The notes under the pieces: model-generated | Told to the model about the DNA's origin: nothing | What the model saw: only the letters and a program-made list of their open reading frames with translations | The model's database searches: none | Program-made: the position numbers and the translations under genes | Shown: one piece after another, positions 9,085 through 15,800 of the stretch | Layout: every line of letters begins with the position of its first letter | Numbering within the stretch: position 1 is the stretch's first letter | Assembly: GCA_002496015.1 (NCBI GenBank) | Contig: DAIF01000004.1 | Coordinates: 26,196-90,195 of the forward strand | Source: Candidatus Pacearchaeota archaeon UBA73 | GTDB lineage: Archaea > Nanobdellota > Nanobdellia > Pacearchaeales > GW2011-AR1 | Reading direction: 5' to 3' | DNA length: 64,000 bases

Positions 9085-10241
9085 AATTGAACCTCCTGTT
9101 CAGGCTCCTTATTCCAGCCGACAGTGCCAAGTCCTGGAGCCAACATAAGATACTCCCGCGAAGCCTTAAAGAGGGCGAATAGCTGACCCATGTCCCTATT
9201 TCGGATCGCAGGCGTTAGATCAATTCGAGTATTCGTGACAGAACAAGGTTTTAGATATAGCCCTCTGCCATCTTCATCAGATTTGACAAACATACAAAGA
9301 TAATCGTAACACGCTCTGCAAGCCCCCTCTTTCCCACATCCAAACATACTTTGTAATCCTCTAATCCCCTTATAATCAAATGTAACATTCGGAATGTACT
9401 TTCTTTCGTCTTCATCACTTAATAGGGCAGAATCAAATTCACACCCAAGACCTGCGAGTTTTTCAAATAGTTCTTTTCTTGGAACCTCCAAGATTTTTTG
9501 AGAAGGATATTGAGCTTCGAACTGTAGGAATTTCGGATGGAATCCATATTGAGCACAGGTGCCCAAAAAATCTCCGAGGTCCGTTTCTGAATCATTTATT
9601 CCTCGCATAATAACCGATTTTAAGAATACTCTGTCTGAAATTCCCCTGCCTCCAAGATAGTCTAGATTGGCAAGCAACGCGTCAAATTTCTTTCTCTGTA
9701 CATCTTCCGCAAAACATCCTCGTGGATTTGTGACTCTATTCCAGGTCTCAAAATTAGTGCTATTAAGAGTTATACCTATTCTTGAAAAAGTTCTCTGTAT
9801 CTGATCAGTTACCTGGGGGGTTAGAAGTATTCCATTAGTGTGAATAGAAAAGTGAGTTTCAGGATGCGTTTGTGTCCATTCTACCAACTTATAATCTCCT
9901 TGTCTAAAATCTGGATGAAGCAAGGGTTCACCACCGCTGAGATCTATGTTTTGCAAGGGTGTATTTTCTAGGAGCATGTCGGATAAATCAATAACTAAAC
10001 TCAAATCTGCCGGCTTATTGTTTCTTGACTTGTAATCTCCGCCTTCGTTTGAACAGTAACCACAGAACAGATTACATTGAGGCGTAAGACTCATCCTCAG
10101 TCTGTTTTTTCTGAACAATCCATTCATTTCTTCATCGGTTAAAGTCGTTCTACCTGTTCTAGTGATTGCTCTCTCTGAGAGATCGTAATATTCTCCGTCT
10201 TTATTTCTTCTAACGGTATGATCTGCTTCGTTGGTATCCAT
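9081..10241 (-). CDS. Radical SAM enzyme, MoaA-like (paralogue A)
   Basis: SLTPQCNLFCGYCSNEG, LSGGEPLLHPD, PKFLQFEA, C-terminal CGKEGACRACY...KPC. Same architecture as paralogue B with a longer N-terminus. Confidence 0.85.
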   Translation of the reverse strand: MDTNEADHTVRRNKDGEYYDLSERAITRTGRTTLTDEEMNGLFRKNRLRMSLTPQCNLFCGYCSNEGGDYKSRNNKPADLSLVIDLSDMLLENTPLQNIDLSGGEPLLHPDFRQGDYKLVEWTQTHPETHFSIHTNGILLTPQVTDQIQRTFSRIGITLNSTNFETWNRVTNPRGCFAEDVQRKKFDALLANLDYLGGRGISDRVFLKSVIMRGINDSETDLGDFLGTCAQYGFHPKFLQFEAQYPSQKILEVPRKELFEKLAGLGCEFDSALLSDEDERKYIPNVTFDYKGIRGLQSMFGCGKEGACRACYDYLCMFVKSDEDGRGLYLKPCSVTNTRIDLTPAIRNRDMGQLFALFKASREYLMLAPGLGTVGWNKEPEQEVQL

Positions 10242-10827
10242 TTCGGTGCATCCTCCTTAAGATTAAGGTACTATTTTGATCGAAATTATTGGTTCCGTCT
10301 ACTACTGTCAACCCGCTGGCGTTTTGAATTTCTCGGTATAGGGGAACAAGGGCCTTCAGCTCATCTGCCTCTTCAACACTCAATCCACCGTTCAAATGCG
10401 AATTGTCAAGACCCAGTCTAGCTTGTTCAGCGAGTCTAGCCAAAGAGACTTCTTCTGGAACAATAAATAAAAAGAAGTTACCTGTAACCTGAATGCCTGT
10501 TTCTGTGGCGTCCAGAATAGCAGCGTATTGTTCTTCCGAAAGAGCGCCCCTGCCAAAATCAAATCTCGCAAGGGTCTGCCTGTCTAAGAACCCTCTGTCC
10601 AACAAAATGTGGTCTCTATGTGTATTGGCGGCTATCTGACTAGAAAAGTGCTCAGCTAAAGACATGTGGAAATCATATAAAGAGGGGTAGTCTGAAAAAG
10701 GCACATCGGGTCTGTGTATTGTGACGACATCATAGCCTTGGCTAGTCAACCTTTTCTCAGTATTCCTTATTTGAGAAGTTTTTCCCGCTCTGGAAACCCC
10801 CAAAAACTCCACTAATTTCATAAACAC
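10210..10827 (-). CDS. P-loop nucleoside/nucleotide kinase-like protein (dNK/TMPK-like)
   Basis: Walker A GVSRAGKTS near the N-terminus, LLDRGFLDR (DR motif), about 200 aa. The start could instead be the M at 10821. Confidence 0.7.
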   Translation of the reverse strand: MFMKLVEFLGVSRAGKTSQIRNTEKRLTSQGYDVVTIHRPDVPFSDYPSLYDFHMSLAEHFSSQIAANTHRDHILLDRGFLDRQTLARFDFGRGALSEEQYAAILDATETGIQVTGNFFLFIVPEEVSLARLAEQARLGLDNSHLNGGLSVEEADELKALVPLYREIQNASGLTVVDGTNNFDQNSTLILRRMHRNGYQRSRSYR

Positions 10828-10906
10828 CGTTAATTCGGAGATTATTTATATATTTAGGAAATATATACAAACATTTAAATAAAAGTAAATACGTCTATAT
10901 ACAATT
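10828..10906. promoter_or_regulatory. Divergent promoter region between the kinase operon and the PhoU-like gene
   Basis: 79-nt very AT-rich spacer with several TATA-like elements (TTTATATAT, AAATATATAC, TTTAAATAAAAG). Confidence 0.3.
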
Positions 10907-11827
10907 ATGAAAAGAAAAGTTATTAAGACTGGAGAAGGAACATTTGTAATATCTCTCCCAAAGGGGTGGGTGCAGAGCAACAATATTCAGAAAGGACAAT
11001 CCTTAACTGTCGAAGAAGAGTTTGATTTGCTCAGAGTTTATGCAGAAGAAAAAGCCCTAAAGAAAACTTCCCTCAAACTTGGAAACGAATCGTTTTGGTA
11101 TCTCAATCGAGTGTTAAGAAAGATGTACGCTTCAGGATATGACGAAATCGAATTAAAACTAAAGGATCCAAAACAAATGGAAGACATCCGTAAATGTGTT
11201 GAATATTTGGAGGGTTTTGAGATTGTTAGGTCTGACAAAAATACTTGCCTTATCAAGGGGCTTCTTAAATCGGATGACCTTTCATATAAAGAAATAATCG
11301 ATAATATGCTTTGGCTAATCAAGTCGCAATTTGACTTACTTTACGAATTTATCATAAAAAAAGATAGTGAAATGAACAAGGAGATCGATGGTATTAAAAA
11401 CACGATAACTAAACTAGCTCATCTAGGAAGAAGACTGTTGAATATTCAAGAAAAGCAAGATATTGCTATGCTAAAGGATTCTTATCTACTTTTCACAAAC
11501 TTAATTTATATCTCTTCGTATATTGTTTATAGCGCAGAAGAAATTGTGAAAAATAAACTCATTCTTTCCAAAGAAGAGGTATCTTTAGTTAAGGATGCTC
11601 TAGAAATGTACGGCGAACTATTGTGGGCAAAAAAAAGTGGCAAGCTTATTGAAGTTCAGAAATTTTTTCAGAAAAGATCCGATTCTTTTGAATCGGACAT
11701 CAAACTACTCTCTGGGAAAAACCCGGCAGTAGTGCACTTTGTGCTGGGTATAAGAAAAGAGATGAACGGTGTTGGCAATTATTTGCTTTTGGAAAGCCTT
11801 GAGTCTAAGATTAATAGCGAGGATTAA
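10907..11827 (+). CDS. AbrB/SpoVT-type DNA-binding domain fused to PhoU-like domains (archaeal phosphate-uptake-regulator type)
   Basis: N-terminus KVIKTGEGTFVISLPKGWVQSNNIQKGQSL (SpoVT/AbrB swapped hairpin) followed by a helical PhoU-like region of about 200 aa. Confidence 0.75.
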   Translation: MKRKVIKTGEGTFVISLPKGWVQSNNIQKGQSLTVEEEFDLLRVYAEEKALKKTSLKLGNESFWYLNRVLRKMYASGYDEIELKLKDPKQMEDIRKCVEYLEGFEIVRSDKNTCLIKGLLKSDDLSYKEIIDNMLWLIKSQFDLLYEFIIKKDSEMNKEIDGIKNTITKLAHLGRRLLNIQEKQDIAMLKDSYLLFTNLIYISSYIVYSAEEIVKNKLILSKEEVSLVKDALEMYGELLWAKKSGKLIEVQKFFQKRSDSFESDIKLLSGKNPAVVHFVLGIRKEMNGVGNYLLLESLESKINSED

Positions 11828-12311
11828 TCAGGTCTTCATCTTTAATCGGATCGGCTTCTCTGATTTCGATTTGAGATTTTCTGCAGTTAATATTCGCAAT
11901 AAATTTTTCTCCGATACTCCTCCCAATCAGGGCCTGGGCAAGAGGTGAGTCGTATCTTATTCTGTTCAAATCAGAGTCTTCGTCTCCATAACCCACTAGT
12001 TTATAACTAAACTCCTTCCCATCTCTTATAATTACAACATTCACACCATAGCCCACTATGCCTCCCGTTACCTGTTGAGGGTATTCTCTAATCTGGCATC
12101 CAACAACTGCAGCTAGCTCATCTTTAAGTCGCCTGTCGAATATTGCGACATCTGCCCTTAAAACTTCAAAGGGGGCGTTGTCATGCCACGTTTCAGAGCT
12201 TTGAGATGCGGCTTCTCCCATCTTCTTTTGAACTTCTGACAGCTGCTCTTCTAATGTTTGCATTCTCTCCTGGATTTTTCTGAGTCCGTTCCTTGTGGCG
12301 TATCTTTCCAT
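11811..12311 (-). CDS. GreA/GreB-family transcript cleavage factor-like protein
   Basis: N-terminal coiled coil (LRKIQERMQTLEEQL...ETWHDNAPFEVLRADVAIFDRRLKDE) plus a C-terminal domain with IRYDSPLAQALIGRSIGEKF, matching the GreA pattern iS..SPlg.aLlGk..Gd. Confidence 0.65.
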   Translation of the reverse strand: MERYATRNGLRKIQERMQTLEEQLSEVQKKMGEAASQSSETWHDNAPFEVLRADVAIFDRRLKDELAAVVGCQIREYPQQVTGGIVGYGVNVVIIRDGKEFSYKLVGYGDEDSDLNRIRYDSPLAQALIGRSIGEKFIANINCRKSQIEIREADPIKDEDLINPRY

Positions 12312-12496
12312 AGTCCTTTCTCGAAATTTATGGTTTTAAAGATTTTCTGAATACATTTCAGGAATTTAAGAGATGTATATTCTGCGCAGTAATTAGATAT
12401 AATCCATCTCGACAATATTTAAAAATCAAAACAGTCTTAAGAAAATATCAAATTAAACGGAGCACAATACACTCCTCCGAAACGCCAAAATATGCT

Positions 12497-12760
12497 AGTG
12501 TCCGGTTGGGGCGTTCGCATATCTTGGAATTTTAAGGTGGTGGATAAAAATACACTTCCTTGAAGTGCCAGAAGATACGTTTGTCCGGTCGGGGCGTGGT
12601 GGCGGAGGTCTGGCGGTTGCGAAGCAAGGCGAATCGAGCGAGGATAGAGTTCGATTCTCTCAGATGTCGCGCAGCGGCGTCTGAATGACCGAGCGAAGCT
12701 CGGACTTGGTGGGGCGTCATAGAATCACAGATTCCATCCCGGACAGAATCCGTCGGAAAT
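12497..12760 (+). repeat. GC-rich non-coding patch with tRNA-Asp 3'-half-like fragments (att-site relics or an unclassified structured RNA)
   Basis: Copies of (G)TCCGGTYGGGGCGT at 12503-12514, 12586-12597 and 12708-12717. GAGTTCGATTCTC at 12647-12659 is identical to the tRNA-Asp T arm. GCGAAGC-type hairpins at about 12619-12625 and 12689-12703. Confidence 0.5.
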
Positions 12761-12855
12761 CTATAACTCTGTTCTTGAGAAGCTCTCAAAGACATTCTTA
12801 TATCGGGACCACTAATCCTTGTAAGATTAACTCCAACATTGTTAATATCCATACC

Positions 12856-15800
12856 CTACACATTTATTTCCGTAACTCCTTCCCACGATAAAGATACATC
12901 TCCAACAGCAACGCCAGTAGAACGATTAAGCTGCCATGCGACTAATTGCCCTTTCTCGACGAATATCTCATCAACAACATTCTCACAAGTATCCGGAACC
13001 GTCGAACTCAACGAACAACCAAAAGTAGTTGATTGATTATTTACCCATAAAATCATTTGAATTGCAATCGCTCCGGTTCCTTTATAGGCCCATAGATTCT
13101 TGAAGGTCATATTCATGGGCATCCTGATTGCTCTGTCATAGAAGTCTACATTTGGCGCCGAATCCCCGAAGAAACTAATAAATCCTGCGGCTCCGATAGT
13201 TCCTCCCGAATATCCGGTTGTGAATAGTTGAGAATAATTCCGTGTGCCGCCGCCTCCACCACTTGTGAGAAAATCGGCAAGAGGGTAACATGCTGTTGCA
13301 TTACACCATTGGTCAGCGTCGGATCTAATACTATCCACAGCACGGATATTCCCATTCACATCAAGGGTATATTCTGGAACATATGTACCAATTCCCACTT
13401 GTTTTGCTCCAATATCTACAGATAATGTCGGAGGCTCAGGGCTGGATAAAGTCCCACCCATAGTCACAAACCAACCATTTGCATCTGTATAAAAAAACGG
13501 CTCATCAAAACTATTACCCCAAATGCCCACATCCAAATCGTTCATTTTAGAGTTGATTCTGAAAGCAGTTGCTTGTATTGGCGGAAATACTGTAGTCGGA
13601 GCTATCTCTAAATCTAGTGTATATTCGGAAGTATTTGAAACAAAGCTAAATCGCGGCGTTCCAATCGACGGAAGGGAATAACCAAAACCTAGTCTAGTAT
13701 TGTCCGGAATTGCAGTATTCCCTTTTAACCAAATTAAATATGAAGGGTCTACACTAAGTCCCAAGTTGTTATTTATTACACTAAAATCAAATGAATTAGG
13801 CGCTGAGATAGTATTAAAACTAATCGTTGATATTACATCTCCGTTGCGAAAAAAGTTAAATTTTCCGCTTAGATTAATATTGCCCAAGGAAACAATGTCG
13901 TTCTCGCTCATATTGACATTTACTAATGCAGGATAAAGGGACCAGTCAGCAGGAGATGTAATAAAGCCCTGAGAATCTATATAATCTATCGCTGGTTGAG
14001 TTTGATTGTAAGAATAAGTGTCATAGGTAGAGTTAAACGTTGAAAACCACAAAGTTCTGTTAGACAACACATCAAGATAAGTGTCATGGTAAGTTTGATT
14101 AAAGGTGCCACTAGCGACGGTTTCGCATGACAAGACGCTTCCGTCGAATGTGAGATATTGATTTGCCGAGCAGGATGGAATATTGGAGATATTCTGATAT
14201 TTTATTATTACTGAATCATCAGCAATGGAAGTTAAAAACCCCTGTGGATTTAATGAAATTCTATGGTCAATCGTAAGATTATTTTTCGTGCTATTAAAGA
14301 AAACCCTTGTTCCGTTGTCAAACAAATAATCGCCATCAGTATCGATTAAACCAATGGTATTCGTGTCTATCAATGTGCAAAGATTGGAAGTAGTGCCGGT
14401 TATATTTGAGCAATGGACTAGTGTTTGATTTTCCAGTGGCAAGTCTGCGATATATAAGATTAAAGAAGAATTGGCAGTCCAAAGGGGGTCAGTTTCATTG
14501 TAGGAAGTCAGATAGCCCTGTGAATCTACGTAGTTGATTGCTTCTGTTGTATGATTATACCAAAACTCTCTGCCTGCTAAATCGTTCGTAAAGTTTGAAA
14601 GATGAGTATAGATTATTCCATCATCAGCCCAATCATCTTCATTATCTAGGATATACTGCCAGAGAGATGAATTGACATTCAATATTAAAAGGGTATCATT
14701 ATAAATAGACGCAGATGTGTCATTGATAAAATTCAAAGGATTTGTAATGGAATAATATAATGTGTCTGCTAAAGATTGGTTAAACGAGGAATTGCCGGGC
14801 GTTATAGAGTCATAAGTTTCATTGTAGGTTGAGAGCCATGCGGGAGTATTAGATATAATATGATTCCATAGCGTAGAATTAACATCTAAGATAAGTATGG
14901 TGTCGTTGAAGACTTGACCTTGAGTGAGATTGATGAAATTCGATGGATTTGTGATGGAGTAGTAAAGTGTATCAGTTAAAGACTGGTTAAACGTGGAATT
15001 ATCTGCATCGATTCCGGCGATTAAGCCCTGAATTTCAGTTTGATTGTAAAATCCAAGAGCCATAATATTTGATGAGCGATTTACAGACAAAATTAAAGCT
15101 GTTTCGTTGTAGCGTTGGTCTGATGTGTCCAACTTGTCGTTTATTGCAGCCCATAAAGTAGAATTTTCAGTTAAAAATACCGGGTCTAATTCAGTGTAAG
15201 AAGTTAGATAATTTTGAGAAAGAACCCAATCTGTGTCATTATAACGTTGGTCTGTTATGTCTAGTTTTCTTATTTCTAAATCTGTATAGTTTGCTTCTAT
15301 CTCGTTTCGCAGAGTCGATTCTGATTCCGTTCTATTTCCGACTATGGCTGTCCAAACAGGCGGACCGGTTATATAGTTTTGTGAGAGCACCCAATCTGTG
15401 TCATTATAACGTTGGTCGGATTTATCTAATTTCAAGTTGTCCAAATGTGTCGCATTAGCAATGACAACGCTGTCGGTGTATTGTTCTAATTCAGTTTTAT
15501 TGCCGGCAATCATCTGATAAATTATAACGCCGGTAAGGTAATCTCCAAGAGGTTGATAAATCAAGTCTAACCATGATTTCAACGAGACAGTGTTAAGAGA
15601 AAATGTCTGTCCAATAAGGGTCAGATTTGAACCGGCAATATATGTGTAAAGGGCATCTGTCAAGGTTTGATTAAACGTAGAGTTATAAGATATTTTGGAA
15701 TCGTAAGTAGAATTGTATGTCGAAAACCAACTAGAACGATTTGCGCTGACATCCATGCTTGTTGCATGATAAGAAGCATTGTAAGTTCCGATTTCCCCTA

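Larger units (their letters stand above)
4336..12597. mobile_element. Putative decayed integrated element or genomic island, about 8.3 kb, inserted at the 3' end of tRNA-Asp
   Basis: The 12-nt sequence CGGTCGGGGCGT at 4324-4335 (tRNA 3' end) recurs exactly at 12586-12597 in direct orientation, with degenerate copies nearby. An integrase remnant lies immediately 3' of the tRNA. Confidence 0.4.

Noticed and set aside
12497-12790. RNase P RNA or SRP RNA assignment for the GC-rich patch
   Set aside because: I could not find the universally conserved RNase P elements (GAAAGUCC in CR-I, ACAGAA..GGCUUA in CR-V) or the SRP helix-8 GGAA tetraloop and AGCA motifs. The ACAGAATCCGTCGG similarity is too weak.
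12532-12852. 106-aa minus-strand ORF (and the 68-aa plus-strand ORF at 12685-12891) in the gap between the giant gene and the GreA-like gene
   Set aside because: The Arg/Ser/Pro-rich translation is typical of reading through GC-rich structured DNA. It overlaps the tRNA-fragment repeats and has no start context or protein-like pattern.
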